Shown one piece after another: positions 20,304-30,470 of a stretch of DNA of 64,000 bases; positions within the stretch are counted from its first letter, which is position 1, and every line of letters begins with the position of its first letter. The notes beneath the pieces are model-generated. The model worked only from the letters and a program-made list of their open reading frames with translations. It ran no database searches and had not been told where the DNA came from. The stretch comes from an uncultured delta proteobacterium (GTDB lineage: Bacteria; Desulfobacterota; Binatia; DP-6). The DNA is taken from contig CAWFFN010000008.1 of the NCBI GenBank assembly GCA_963815115.1, positions 224,001 to 288,000 of the forward strand. The letters are read 5' to 3'. The position numbers and the translations under genes were made by a program.

Positions 20304-21719
20304 TCAGCGCGCGCGCGCCACGGCGAGCAGCGACATCCCGACCGGCGGACCGAAGCGCCGCTCGAGGCGCAGCCACGGCACCAGGAAGTCGTTGAGGCGC
20401 GCCTGGATGCCCGGGACCGCCTTGCGCTTCAGCACGCGGGCGTTCAGGAACCAGCCCGGTACGCCCAGCATGTTGAAGTAGCTCAGGTGCTCGACGGCGA
20501 GCCCCGCGCCCTCGAGCTTGCGCATGAGATCCTCGCGCGAGTAGCGCCGGTAGTGGTGGATCGCCCGGTCGATCGACCCGTAGAGCGCCTGCAGCGCCGG
20601 CACGATGAGGATGACGCGCCCGCCGGGCACGAGGACCTCGCGCATGGCACCGAGCGCGGCGCGGTCGTCCTCGATGTGCTCGAGCACGTTCGAGCACACC
20701 ACGGTATCGAAGTGGTCGCGGGGAATGTGGTCCTCCGCCAGGCGGGCCAGGTCGAGCGTTCGGATCTCGACGTTCGGGCTGTCCGCGAAGGTGCGGCGCA
20801 GGAGCTCGACGTACTCGGAATCGAGCTCGGTGGCGAGGACGCGCTCGCGCGTGGACAGGAAGCGCGTCAGCAACCCCGTCCCGGCGCCGACCTCGAGGAC
20901 GGTGCGGCCGATGAAGGGCTTCATCAGATCCCAGAGGAAGCCGTTGTAGCGACGCAGCACCTCGACCCGCCGCAGCGTGGTGTACCCGGCGTCGTCGCGC
21001 CCCACGTCGTGCGCGACGGCGAAGCGCAGGATCGTCCACACCGCGGCGACCGCGTCGCGCCAGCTGATCTTCTTGCCCTCGGCGTACACGCGGCCGTGAT
21101 ACGAGATGGGGATCTCGTAGATGCGGCAGCGGAGATGGGCCACCTTCGCGGTGAGCTCCGGCTCGAGGCCGAAGCGGTTGGAGCGCAGCGGGATGCGGCG
21201 CAGGATGTCGGCCCGGAACGCCTTGTAGCACGTCTCCATGTCGGTGAGGTTCAGGTTGGTGCACATGTTCGACAGGAGCGTGAGAAACCGGTTGCCCACG
21301 GTGTGCCAGAACAGCAGGACGCGGCGCGGGCCGCCGGAGAAGCGCGAGCCGTAGACCACGTCCGCGTCGCCCTCCAGGATGGGAGCGATGAGCCGCGAGT
21401 ACTCGCGCGGATCGTACTCGAGATCGGCGTCCTGGATGACCGCGATGTCGCCCGTCATGTGCGCGATCGCCGTGCGCACCGCGGCGCCCTTGCCCTGGTT
21501 GTGCTGGTGGCGCACGACGACGAGCCGGAAGTCGGGGGAGTCCGGCACGCTCGCCCGGTAGTCCTCGAGGATCTGCGCCGAGCCGTCGGTCGAGCAGTCG
21601 TCGACGACGACGACCTCCTTGCTGATCGGGACGGCGCGCACCCGCTCGAGCAGCACGCGCACCGTGCCCGCCTCGTTGTAGACCGGCACCAGGACGGAGA
21701 GGCGGCTGGGCACCGACAT
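20304..21719 (-). CDS. Bifunctional GT2 glycosyltransferase (DPM synthase-like) / class I SAM methyltransferase
   Basis: VPVYNE, DDCSTDG, QDADLEYDP and DMETCYK, followed by VLEVGAGTG and NVLEHI. Confidence 0.93.
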   Translation of the reverse strand: MSVPSRLSVLVPVYNEAGTVRVLLERVRAVPISKEVVVVDDCSTDGSAQILEDYRASVPDSPDFRLVVVRHQHNQGKGAAVRTAIAHMTGDIAVIQDADLEYDPREYSRLIAPILEGDADVVYGSRFSGGPRRVLLFWHTVGNRFLTLLSNMCTNLNLTDMETCYKAFRADILRRIPLRSNRFGLEPELTAKVAHLRCRIYEIPISYHGRVYAEGKKISWRDAVAAVWTILRFAVAHDVGRDDAGYTTLRRVEVLRRYNGFLWDLMKPFIGRTVLEVGAGTGLLTRFLSTRERVLATELDSEYVELLRRTFADSPNVEIRTLDLARLAEDHIPRDHFDTVVCSNVLEHIEDDRAALGAMREVLVPGGRVILIVPALQALYGSIDRAIHHYRRYSREDLMRKLEGAGLAVEHLSYFNMLGVPGWFLNARVLKRKAVPGIQARLNDFLVPWLRLERRFGPPVGMSLLAVARAR

Positions 21720-21783
21720 CGAGGACGCGATTGTCGCAGGCGCTCGACGAGACCTCAAGGACGCCGTCCGGCGGGTCCTTGCC

Positions 21784-21811
21784 TTGACGGACGCCGGGGT
21801 GGTCGAATAAT
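21784..21811 (+). promoter_or_regulatory. Putative sigma70 promoter, possibly leaderless
   Basis: TTGACG-N16-AATAAT ends 8 nt before ATG 21820. Confidence 0.4.
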
Positions 21812-21819
21812 TCGGCCGC

Positions 21820-22443
21820 ATGCGAGCGTCGGCTCCGGGGTTCCTCGTCGCGCGCGCGATCGGTGGCGTGCTGCCGGCGCTCGTGCTGGCGGCCATCGTC
21901 GCCGGCGGCGTCGGATGCATCACGGTCGACGGGACCCTCGAGGCCGACGGCAGCGCGAACGTGTCCCTGTCGTATACCGTGCCGCCAGGCACCACCGAGG
22001 TCTCGCAGCGCTACGTCCTCACGGCGCCGGGCGTGACCATCCAGTCGCTCACCGTGGCGCCCGATCACGTCGTGTCGGCGCGCCTGCATCTCGACGACCC
22101 GAGCGCCCTCTCGAAGACCAACCTCTTCAAGGACGTGAAGATCAGCCGCCGCACCGAGGGGAAGGACCGCGTCCTCGCGATCGAGGTCACGACGATCGAC
22201 AAGCCCGTCGACAACAAGAAGCTCCCCGGGCCGAAGATCAACCTCACCCTGCCGGGCAAGGTGCTCGAGGCCAGCGAGCACGGCGCCGTCGACGGCGCGC
22301 ACGTGCACTGGGAGTTCACGCTGGCAGACTTCCTCGCGCGCAAGACGTGGAACCTGACGACGCGCTACGAGACCCCCGCCGCTCCCTCCGGCGCCGTCGC
22401 CCCACCGGCGACCACATCCACGACGGTCCCGAAGGCAGACTGA
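21820..22443 (+). CDS. Putative lipoprotein (LppM/DUF3153-like)
   Basis: Signal ending GVGC, DGSA motif, LTLPGKV...VHWEF, and a Thr/Pro tail. Confidence 0.7.
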   Translation: MRASAPGFLVARAIGGVLPALVLAAIVAGGVGCITVDGTLEADGSANVSLSYTVPPGTTEVSQRYVLTAPGVTIQSLTVAPDHVVSARLHLDDPSALSKTNLFKDVKISRRTEGKDRVLAIEVTTIDKPVDNKKLPGPKINLTLPGKVLEASEHGAVDGAHVHWEFTLADFLARKTWNLTTRYETPAAPSGAVAPPATTSTTVPKAD

Positions 22444-22484
22444 CGCAGGCGGCGGCCGGCCCCGCCGGGCGCGCCGAGGGAGCC

Positions 22485-23315
22485 ATGAGCTTCAAACAGT
22501 TTCTCCGCAAAGAGATCACCCCCGGCCTCGACGAGACCTACACCGAGGAGCACTGGGCGAAGGGCGCGCCCGGCCGGGCGTACTACGACATCCATCTCTC
22601 GACCATCGAGCAGCACGAGATGGCGACGCCGATCTTCCGGGAGTTCCTCGGTCGCGGCGGACTCCGCGTGCTCGAGTCGGGCTGCGGCACGGGCCGCTGG
22701 ATGGCGCTCTTCGAGAAGCTGGGCAACCGCGCCTACGGTGTCGACGACAGCCCGGGGCCGCTGCGGGTGGCGCGCGAGCACGACCCCGACATGCTGCTGG
22801 TGCGCGCCAATGCGCTGCACACGCCCTATCGCGATGGCAGCTTCGACGCGGCGTTCTCGTCGTACGTCGCCGAGCACTTCGAGGAGGGGCCCGAGCCGCT
22901 CTTTCGCGAGATCCACCGCGTGCTCAAGCCGGGCGGGCTCTTCTTCGTCGTGGTGCCCTTCAACAACACCTTCCGCCGCCTGATCGTGAACCCCGCGTTG
23001 CGCGCCTTCTACGCACTGTGGGCACTGCGCGGCCGGGAGCTCGGGTTCACCGAGTTCCGCTACACGCAAGCGGAGATGGACGGCTTCCTGCGCGCCACCG
23101 ACTTCGAGATCGTGCGCATCGCGCCCGACGACTACTACCTTCCCTGGTCGAAGGGCCTCTTCGTCGACCTGTGCGACGTCGGGTCCTTCGTGCACTTCGA
23201 GCACAAGCCGCCGTACGAGTTCGGACGCAGGGGCCAGGCGGTGATCCGGCTCATCCAGAGGGTCGGGCTGTGGCACTCGTGCGCCGGGATCTTCTACGTG
23301 GCACGGCGCAAGTGA
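22485..23315 (+). CDS. Class I SAM-dependent methyltransferase
   Basis: VLESGCGTG, FDAAFS..VAEHF and RVLKPGG. GAGGGAG RBS. Confidence 0.92.
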   Translation: MSFKQFLRKEITPGLDETYTEEHWAKGAPGRAYYDIHLSTIEQHEMATPIFREFLGRGGLRVLESGCGTGRWMALFEKLGNRAYGVDDSPGPLRVAREHDPDMLLVRANALHTPYRDGSFDAAFSSYVAEHFEEGPEPLFREIHRVLKPGGLFFVVVPFNNTFRRLIVNPALRAFYALWALRGRELGFTEFRYTQAEMDGFLRATDFEIVRIAPDDYYLPWSKGLFVDLCDVGSFVHFEHKPPYEFGRRGQAVIRLIQRVGLWHSCAGIFYVARRK

Positions 23316-24508
23316 ACCCCGATCCCTCTCGACGGAGCGATCAGGGCGTCGAGGGCGATCACGCACCCCCGGCGGCCCCTGCCCCGATCGGTCACCTCGG
23401 CGAGCTCGACGCGTTGCGCGGCGTCGCCATCCTCCTGGTCTTTCTCTACCACTGCGACAGCGTCGTGCGGCCGGAGGCGCACGGCGCCGGACCCTTCTTC
23501 GCCTTCGTGCGCGCGGGCCACACCGGCGTCGCGCTCTTCTTCGTCCTGAGCGGCTTCCTGCTCTCCCTGCCCTTCCTCGCCGAGGCGAACGGCGGGCGCC
23601 ACGTGCGGCGGCGGGAGTACTTCCTCCGTCGGGCGATGCGCATCCTCCCCATGTACTATCTCGCCCTGCTCGTGGCGCTCTGGTTCCTGCACCCGGTCTC
23701 GGCGTGGGCGTCGATGGGGTGGCCCTTCCTGGTGTTCCTGAATCCGCTGGCCGGTCCCTTCGCGCTGTGGCCGTTCAGCATCGGGTGGTGGAGCCTCTCC
23801 ACCGAGGTGCAGTTCTACCTCGTCCTGCCCCTGCTCCCGTTCCTCGCCCGCACCCGGCCGCGGGCGGCACTCGCGCTCGGCGCCTGCGCGCTGGCCTACG
23901 GCCTGTTCCTCGCACGTGTGATCAGGGGGCCGACGATCAACCTCGACGTCTACCTGCACTACAGCCTCTTCGGCCGGGCGCCGCTCTTCCTGAGCGGCAT
24001 CGCCGCGGCGTGGCTGTGGCGGCGCTGGGGGGCCGCGCTTCGCCGTCGCCTGGCCGCCCCGGGGTGGCTGGCGCGCGGCGGGGCGGACGTGCTCCTGCTC
24101 CTGGCGATCGTCGCCCTGTCGTGCATCCTCCAGTGGGTCGCCTGGGTCGGCTTCTGGGAGGCGGAGCGCCGTCCCTACCACGTCTGGCACGTCTTCGAGG
24201 GCCTCCTCTGGGCGAGCGTGCTGCTGTGCCTGCTGATCGCCCCGTTACGCAGCAAGCGGCTCCTCGTGAATCCCGTCCTCGTGTGGATCGGCCTGGTGTC
24301 GTACTCGCTCTTCCTGGTGCACGTGCCGGTGGTGACCTTGACGCTGCACGTCCTGCAGGGCGCTCACCCCGATCACTTCACGCGCTGGAACGCGGAGACC
24401 GTGGCCGTCTGCGCCGCCCTCCTCGCCGTCTGCCTCGTGCTCTCGACCCTGACGTACTGGGCCGTCGAGCGTCCGTTCTTGCGCCGGAAGGCCCGGCTGG
24501 CGCGCTGA
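23312..24508 (+). CDS. Acyltransferase family 3 (OafA-like) membrane protein
   Basis: LDALRGVAILLV..YH, GVALFFVLSGFL, WSLSTEVQFY, SYSLFLVH and VERPF. Confidence 0.94.
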   Translation: MNPDPSRRSDQGVEGDHAPPAAPAPIGHLGELDALRGVAILLVFLYHCDSVVRPEAHGAGPFFAFVRAGHTGVALFFVLSGFLLSLPFLAEANGGRHVRRREYFLRRAMRILPMYYLALLVALWFLHPVSAWASMGWPFLVFLNPLAGPFALWPFSIGWWSLSTEVQFYLVLPLLPFLARTRPRAALALGACALAYGLFLARVIRGPTINLDVYLHYSLFGRAPLFLSGIAAAWLWRRWGAALRRRLAAPGWLARGGADVLLLLAIVALSCILQWVAWVGFWEAERRPYHVWHVFEGLLWASVLLCLLIAPLRSKRLLVNPVLVWIGLVSYSLFLVHVPVVTLTLHVLQGAHPDHFTRWNAETVAVCAALLAVCLVLSTLTYWAVERPFLRRKARLAR

Positions 24509-24518
24509 TGGCCGCGCG

Positions 24519-25193
24519 TCAGGGCCGTGCGGCGACGAGAAACATCTGCTTGCCGAACACGAGGTGGAGCGGCCGGCAGCGGAGATAGATCCGCAGGAGG
24601 AGCGGCGAGCGCGGCATGCGCGACTTCACCGTGTAGGGCAGGAAGCGCGGGCGCACGTGCTCGACGCGCAGGCCCGAGAGCTCGAGCGCCTCGACCATCG
24701 AGCGGTCGCTCAGCGGCAGGTGATGATCGAGGTAGTCCCAGTACTCGCGGTACGCGAAACGGATGTTCGGCTGCAGGATCAGCATGCGGCCGCCCGGACG
24801 CAGCACGCGCCCCACCTCGGCCAGGGCCGCCAGCAGATCTTCCGTGGAGCGGAAGTGCTCGAAGACGTTGCTGGCGAAGACGACGTCGACGCTGCTCGCG
24901 GCGAGCCACCCCAGGTCGTGCGCGGGCCCGCAGTGGGTCTGCACGCCCGGCGCGGCCCGGCGCGCGAGCTGCGGGTCGCTGTCCACGGCCCAGCGCTCGC
25001 GGGCGCGGATGTGATTGACGAACTCGCACATCCCGGCGCCGAGGTCGACGAGACACGCGTCCGCGGGCACCCAGCGCTGGAAGAAGTCCACGCACAGCAC
25101 GCGCCAGAGGGCGTCCTTGGCCTCGCGATCGGCGGCGCTGAAGCGGCGCTCGTACAGCTCGGAGATCGTCCCGCTGGAGGGCTCGGGTGTCAT
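24519..25193 (-). CDS. Class I SAM-dependent methyltransferase
   Basis: VDLGAG, FASNVFEH, LRPGG and QPNIRFAYREYWD. Confidence 0.9.
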   Translation of the reverse strand: MTPEPSSGTISELYERRFSAADREAKDALWRVLCVDFFQRWVPADACLVDLGAGMCEFVNHIRARERWAVDSDPQLARRAAPGVQTHCGPAHDLGWLAASSVDVVFASNVFEHFRSTEDLLAALAEVGRVLRPGGRMLILQPNIRFAYREYWDYLDHHLPLSDRSMVEALELSGLRVEHVRPRFLPYTVKSRMPRSPLLLRIYLRCRPLHLVFGKQMFLVAARP

Positions 25194-25328
25194 GCGCAGC
25201 GCCCGTCGATCGTCGCCGACGACGGATCGGCCCGGACCCTAGGCGCGCGGACGCTGGAAGGCAAGACGGTGACGGCAGACGTGTTTGGTTGAATCCCCGT
25301 CCCGGCCACGGCTACCATCGCGCGGTTC

Positions 25329-26876
25329 ATGCCGAGCCCCGCCTCCGCCGCCCCGGAGCGCCGCCCCGGCGCTTCCGGGTCGTGGCACCCGCTCGTGCTC
25401 GTTCCGCTCGCCCTGGCCGCGTGGGTCTACCTGCCGATCACGCGGGTCTACTTCTTCGCCGACGATTTCATCCTGCTGGCCAGCATCGCCAGCGACCGCG
25501 TGGCGGCGTTCCTGCTCCGGCCCTTCGGCGGGCACAACTGCCTCGGCCGGAACGCCGTCTTCCTCGCCTCGTACCACATCCTCGGGCTGCGCGCGGATCT
25601 CTACTACTGGAGCGTGCTCCTCACGCACCTGCTGAACGTGGCGCTGCTCTTCGGCCTGCTGCGCGCGCTCAGCGCGAGCGCGCTCCTGGCGTGCTTCGGC
25701 GCCGCGCTGTGGGGCATGTCGCCGCTCCAGGCGGGCACGCTCGGCTGGTACTCCGTGTACGGACAGGTGCTGGCGGCGACCACCATGCTCCTGGTGCTGC
25801 ATGCGCTCGCCCGCCTCGCGGCCGCCGGCGCGCCGCTCGCAACCCGCACCGCGGGCGTCTGGTTCGCCCTGCTCCTCCTCGGCACGACCTTCTTCGGCGT
25901 CGGCCTCGGGGTCGCCCTGGTCTTTCCGTTCGTGCTCTTCCTCCTGCTTCCCGACTCGTGGCACCGACGCGGTCTGCGCGCCGCCTTCCTTTCCCTGCCC
26001 GCCGTCACCCTCGCCCTCTATTTCGGCCTGCGCTGGGTCGCCAACCGCGTCGAGCCGTTTCCGGTCGAGGAGATGGTGCACGAGGCGCTCAGCCATAGCG
26101 GGTTCGGTACCGTGCCACCGATGTGGATCCAGCTCCTGGGCTTCTCGATGGCCGGGACGGTCCTCGGCTTCTTCCTGCCGGGCAGCTATCCCGACGCCGC
26201 ATCCGTGGCCGCCATCCTCGCGTTCTGTGCGGGGCTGGGCGTCGCCGCCTGGCGGAGCGATTGGCCCGCACGCCGCGCGATGCTCGCCATGCTGGCGCTC
26301 GCAGGCGCCATCTACCTCGTCATCGCGCTCGGACGCGCCCACGCCTACCAGGCGTTTCACGTCTCCCCCGAGCAGGCCGCGGCCGTGTCGCGCTATCACT
26401 ACGCCGGCTCGCTCCCGGTGACCGTGCTGCTCTGTCTCGTCCTCCAGCAGCTCGGCCGGCTCGGCGGGTTGCGGGCCGTCCCGCGCGGGCTCGCCCTCGC
26501 CGTCGGACTCGGCGTCCTCGTCGTCGGCAACCGCCGCACCGGCGTCGCCATCGACCAGCGCTTCCCGTGCCGCGACTACTTCGCCCGCACCATGCAGGAG
26601 ACCTCGGCCGCGGTGGCGTCGCACCCGGAGGGCGCCACGGTGTATCTCGAGAATCTGGCCAGCCCGCGCTACCTCCTGGGACCCGCCATGCCGGATCGAC
26701 TCTTTCCCGGGCGCGCCGCGGTGTTCCTGCTCACGCACCGCACGGACACCCTCGACGGCCGGCGGGTGCGCTTCATCGAGCGCGATCCCGAGGTGATGGC
26801 CTGGTACCTCGACCGGCCCGAGACGCGCCTGGCGCAGCTCCTGGTGACGCCCGAGGACGCCGGCCGGCAGCCGTGA
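25329..26876 (+). CDS. Multi-pass membrane protein, GT-C-like glycosyltransferase (paralog 1)
   Basis: FFADDF acidic pair after TM1, about 11-13 TMs, a late RY motif and a soluble C-terminal domain. Confidence 0.7.
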   Translation: MPSPASAAPERRPGASGSWHPLVLVPLALAAWVYLPITRVYFFADDFILLASIASDRVAAFLLRPFGGHNCLGRNAVFLASYHILGLRADLYYWSVLLTHLLNVALLFGLLRALSASALLACFGAALWGMSPLQAGTLGWYSVYGQVLAATTMLLVLHALARLAAAGAPLATRTAGVWFALLLLGTTFFGVGLGVALVFPFVLFLLLPDSWHRRGLRAAFLSLPAVTLALYFGLRWVANRVEPFPVEEMVHEALSHSGFGTVPPMWIQLLGFSMAGTVLGFFLPGSYPDAASVAAILAFCAGLGVAAWRSDWPARRAMLAMLALAGAIYLVIALGRAHAYQAFHVSPEQAAAVSRYHYAGSLPVTVLLCLVLQQLGRLGGLRAVPRGLALAVGLGVLVVGNRRTGVAIDQRFPCRDYFARTMQETSAAVASHPEGATVYLENLASPRYLLGPAMPDRLFPGRAAVFLLTHRTDTLDGRRVRFIERDPEVMAWYLDRPETRLAQLLVTPEDAGRQP

Positions 26877-28387
26877 CGTCCGCTCGCATCCCGCTCTGGC
26901 ATCCGCTGATGCTGGTGCCGCTCGCGCTGTCCGCGTGGGTCTACTACCCGATCACGCGGGTCTATTTCTTCGCCGACGATCTCATCCACCTCCTCACCAT
27001 CGCGAACGACGGCCCGCTGGCGTTCGTGCTCAAGCCCTTCGGCGGCCACGCGCTGGTGGCCCGCAACCTCGCCTTCCTCGCCGCCTACGAGCTCTTCGGC
27101 CTGCGCTCCGAGGCCTACTACTGGACCGTGCTCCTCACCCACCTCCTCGACGTGGTGCTGCTGTTCGCCGCGCTCCACGCCCTCACCCGCAGCGCGCCGC
27201 TCGCCTGCTTCGGCGCCGCGCTCTGGGGCGCCTCGCCGCTCGCCGTCGGCACCATCGGCTGGTACTCGGTCTACGGCCAGACGATGGCCGCGACGGCCTT
27301 CCTCGTGGTGCTCGCCCAGCTCGCCCGCCGCGCCGCCGCCGACGCGCCTCTCACCACGCGGACGGCCGTCCTGTGGTACGCGCTCCTGCTCCTCGGGGTG
27401 GTGTGCTTCGGGACCGGGGTCGGCGTCGCCCTCGCCTTCCCGGCCGCGCTCTTCCTCCTGCTTCCCTCGGCCTGGCGCCGTCCCGGGCTGCGCGCCGCCT
27501 ATCTCGCCCTGCCCCTGGTCACTCTCGCCGTGTACTACGCTGCGCGCCGGCTCTACCTCCTGGTCGGCCCGCTGCCGATCGAGGAGGCGCTGCACGAGCA
27601 ATTCGCCCGCGATAGCGTGGCAATCCTCCTGCCCATGCTCGGCCACCTGCTCGGGTTCTCCGTCGCGGGCACGGTGCTCGGCTTCTTCCAGCCGGCGTAT
27701 CCCTCGCCCGCGTGCTGGGTGGCCGTCGGCGCGTTCTGCGCCGGCCTCGGGACGGTCGCCTGGCGCGGCGACGCCGCGGCGCGCCGCGCGGCGCTGGCCA
27801 TGGCCATCGTCGCCCTGACGACCTACCTCGTCATCGCGCTCGGCCGCGCGGCGGAGTACGCGGTCTGGAAGATCCCGGCGTGGGGTGCGGCGGGATACGC
27901 GCGCTACCACTACCTGACGACGATTCCGATGGTGGTGCTGCTCTGCCTCGCACTCCAGCAGGTCGGCCGGCTCGGCCGCCTGCGCGCGGTCCCCCCCTGG
28001 GCAGCGCTGATTGCCGGGCTCGGGCTGATCGTGGGCGGCCGGCTCGATTCGCGCTTCGCCATCGACGAGCACCCGCAGGCCCGCTACTGGGTCGCCCAGA
28101 CGCTGCGGGAGCTCCACGCCGACGTCGCCGCGCAGCCCGCCGGGAGCACCGTCTATCTGGAGAACCGGCAGTCGCCGGTGGTCGTCCTCGGGCCCGCGGT
28201 CCGCAACCTCGCGTTCCCGGGGCGCGCCGCGCTCTTCGCGATCACGCACCCGTCGGATGCGCTCGACGGGCGGCGGGTGCGATTCGTCGAGCCCGACGAC
28301 GCCGTGCGAGCCTACTATGCCGATCAGCTCGGCCGGCGGATGGCGCAGCTGCTCGTTGCCCCCGCCGACGTCCCGAAGCGGCCCTGA
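26873..28387 (+). CDS. Multi-pass membrane protein, GT-C-like glycosyltransferase (paralog 2)
   Basis: End-to-end similarity to paralog 1 (PITRVYFFADD, GWYSVYGQ, RYHY, FPGRAA, LDGRRVRF). GTGA coupling. Confidence 0.7.
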   Translation: MTSARIPLWHPLMLVPLALSAWVYYPITRVYFFADDLIHLLTIANDGPLAFVLKPFGGHALVARNLAFLAAYELFGLRSEAYYWTVLLTHLLDVVLLFAALHALTRSAPLACFGAALWGASPLAVGTIGWYSVYGQTMAATAFLVVLAQLARRAAADAPLTTRTAVLWYALLLLGVVCFGTGVGVALAFPAALFLLLPSAWRRPGLRAAYLALPLVTLAVYYAARRLYLLVGPLPIEEALHEQFARDSVAILLPMLGHLLGFSVAGTVLGFFQPAYPSPACWVAVGAFCAGLGTVAWRGDAAARRAALAMAIVALTTYLVIALGRAAEYAVWKIPAWGAAGYARYHYLTTIPMVVLLCLALQQVGRLGRLRAVPPWAALIAGLGLIVGGRLDSRFAIDEHPQARYWVAQTLRELHADVAAQPAGSTVYLENRQSPVVVLGPAVRNLAFPGRAALFAITHPSDALDGRRVRFVEPDDAVRAYYADQLGRRMAQLLVAPADVPKRP

Positions 28388-28463
28388 TCGCGGTCGTCCG
28401 CCGTTGACAGCCCGGAAGGCGCCCGCCTAGATGGCGCCGGCGCCTGCCGCCGCCCGCATCACG

Positions 28464-29270
28464 ATGTCGTACAAGATCTATCTCTGGGACGCGCTCAGCG
28501 CGATCGAGTGGAGCCAGGCCGCGTGGCGCATCGGCGGCAACGACGCCTCGACCGAGAACTGCACCGTCGAGATGATCCATGACGTCCTGCTCGAGCACCT
28601 GCCGAAGGACGGGCTCATCGTCGACGCGGGCTGCGGCACCGCGAAGTGGCCCATCTATCTCGGCCGTGCGGGCTACCGCTGCGTGGGCGTGGAGATCAGC
28701 CACGACGCCTGCCTGGCGGCGCGCGCCGTCGATCCGACGCTTCGTCTGGTGCGCGGCGACACGCGGCGCGCCCCGCTCGCGAGCGGCTGCGCCGACGCGG
28801 TCCTGTCCCTCGGCGTCGTCGAGCACGACGAGGCGGGACCGGCGGCCGGCCTGCGGGAGCTGCGACGCATCCTCAAGCCGGGCGGCGTGCTCGTCCTCGC
28901 CGTACCGTTCAACAACCCCTTCCGCCGGCTCCTGGTGAACCATCTCCAGACCTGGGTCACCTGGAGGCGCCGTCGCGCGCGCATGTCCCTCGGCTTTGCC
29001 GAGTACCGCTTCAGCGCGCGCGAGGTGCGACACCACCTCGCCGACGCGGGATTCGAGATCCTCGCATCCTACCCGAACGACCTGCGAGCGCCGAAGGTGA
29101 TGGGCCTCTGGGTCGACAACGACAACCTGGTGGTCAACCCGCTCGTCCGGACCGACCCGGATCGGCTCTTCATCCTTCCCGGCTGGAAGGGCCGGCTCGC
29201 CCGGGTCGCGCTCGACCGGGCTCCGTGGCTGGTGTGCGGCGAGGCGGCGTTCGTCGCCCGCGCGCGTTGA
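28464..29270 (+). CDS. Class I SAM-dependent methyltransferase (paralog of 22485-23315)
   Basis: VDAGCGT, GVVEH and LKPGG..VPFNN.FRRL.VN shared with the paralog. Alternative start at 28431. Confidence 0.9.
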   Translation: MSYKIYLWDALSAIEWSQAAWRIGGNDASTENCTVEMIHDVLLEHLPKDGLIVDAGCGTAKWPIYLGRAGYRCVGVEISHDACLAARAVDPTLRLVRGDTRRAPLASGCADAVLSLGVVEHDEAGPAAGLRELRRILKPGGVLVLAVPFNNPFRRLLVNHLQTWVTWRRRRARMSLGFAEYRFSAREVRHHLADAGFEILASYPNDLRAPKVMGLWVDNDNLVVNPLVRTDPDRLFILPGWKGRLARVALDRAPWLVCGEAAFVARAR

Positions 29271-29285
29271 GCCGCGAGCGCGCGA

Positions 29286-30470
29286 TCAGCGCAGCCCCAG
29301 GCGCTCGAGCGGCAGGGGGCGATCCAGGATGCCGTCGCGCAGCCCGCGCAGGGTCTCCGCCATCTCGCTCATGCGCCCGCTGCGCACCGCCCGCACGACG
29401 TCGCGCGGGAGACGCCAGCCGAGCGCGAGCGGCAGAGCGGCCACTCGCCGCGCCGTAGCGAGCGTCCCGCCGTCGTCCTTCCCGCCCCCGAGATACGCCC
29501 GCGCCACGTCCGGCCACGTGAAGCGCCCGAGGCGGAACCATCCTTCGGCGCCGAGCAGGACCGCCATCGCCTCGAGCGGCAGCTGGCGCGCGAGGGCACG
29601 GGCGAACGCGCGGCGCTGATCACGATCGGCATGCGATCGCAGCAGCCGGACGGTGTTGCGCATGCCGAGATACGTCCGCACCGGGTTCCACGGCATGGGC
29701 TCGGCGTTGGGCAGATCGGGAAGTCCCGAGCCCCACGCGCCGGCGGGCGGCTGCCGGGAGAAGCGCGCGGTGCTGCCCGAGCCACGGTGGAACACGCGCG
29801 AGTAGGGCTCGAAGAAGATCTCCCAGCCGGCCGCCCGGGCGCGCAGGCACCAGTCGACGTCCTCGTGATACGCGAAGTAGGCGTCGTCGAAGAGGCCGAC
29901 CTCGCGGAGCGCGTCGGCGCGCAGGAGCAGGCTGCATCCCGGCACCGCCCCGACCTGGAGGCGCCGGTCGAAGCCCTCGGAAGCGAGGCAGTTCACCCCG
30001 CGCAGCTGCACCACGTAGCGCTCGTGCAGGTGGACGTCGAGATACGCCACGTCGAGCAGCTCGGGACGGTCGAGCCGGAAGACGGCGCTGGCGACTGCGC
30101 CGCTGCGCGGGCTGTCGTTCATGGCGGCGAGCAGTGGCGCCAGGAAGTCGGCGGCGACCCGGGTGTCGTTGTTCAGGAGGAGGACGCCGGCCGCGCCCTG
30201 CTCGAGCGCCGCCTCCATGCCGGCGTTGTTGCCGCCGGCGTAGCCCCGGTTCTCGGGCAGGAGGAGGACGCGCTGGTGGGGAAAGCGCCCGCGAATCTCC
30301 TCCACCGACCCGTCGCGCGAGCCGTTGTCGACCACCAGGACCGAGGCCCCCCGGAGCTCCGCCGCCGCGAGGCTCTCCAGGCAGGCCACCGTGTCGCGCC
30401 CGCCGTTCCAGTTGAGCACGATGACGACGACGTCGCGCCCGGTCATGCCGCGCGGGTCCGCGCGGCTCAT
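29286..30470 (-). CDS. GT2 glycosyltransferase (WbbL/RfbF-like)
   Basis: VLNWNG, VDNGSRD, NRGYAGGNN, LLNND and FAYHEDVDW. Confidence 0.93.
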   Translation of the reverse strand: MSRADPRGMTGRDVVVIVLNWNGGRDTVACLESLAAAELRGASVLVVDNGSRDGSVEEIRGRFPHQRVLLLPENRGYAGGNNAGMEAALEQGAAGVLLLNNDTRVAADFLAPLLAAMNDSPRSGAVASAVFRLDRPELLDVAYLDVHLHERYVVQLRGVNCLASEGFDRRLQVGAVPGCSLLLRADALREVGLFDDAYFAYHEDVDWCLRARAAGWEIFFEPYSRVFHRGSGSTARFSRQPPAGAWGSGLPDLPNAEPMPWNPVRTYLGMRNTVRLLRSHADRDQRRAFARALARQLPLEAMAVLLGAEGWFRLGRFTWPDVARAYLGGGKDDGGTLATARRVAALPLALGWRLPRDVVRAVRSGRMSEMAETLRGLRDGILDRPLPLERLGLR

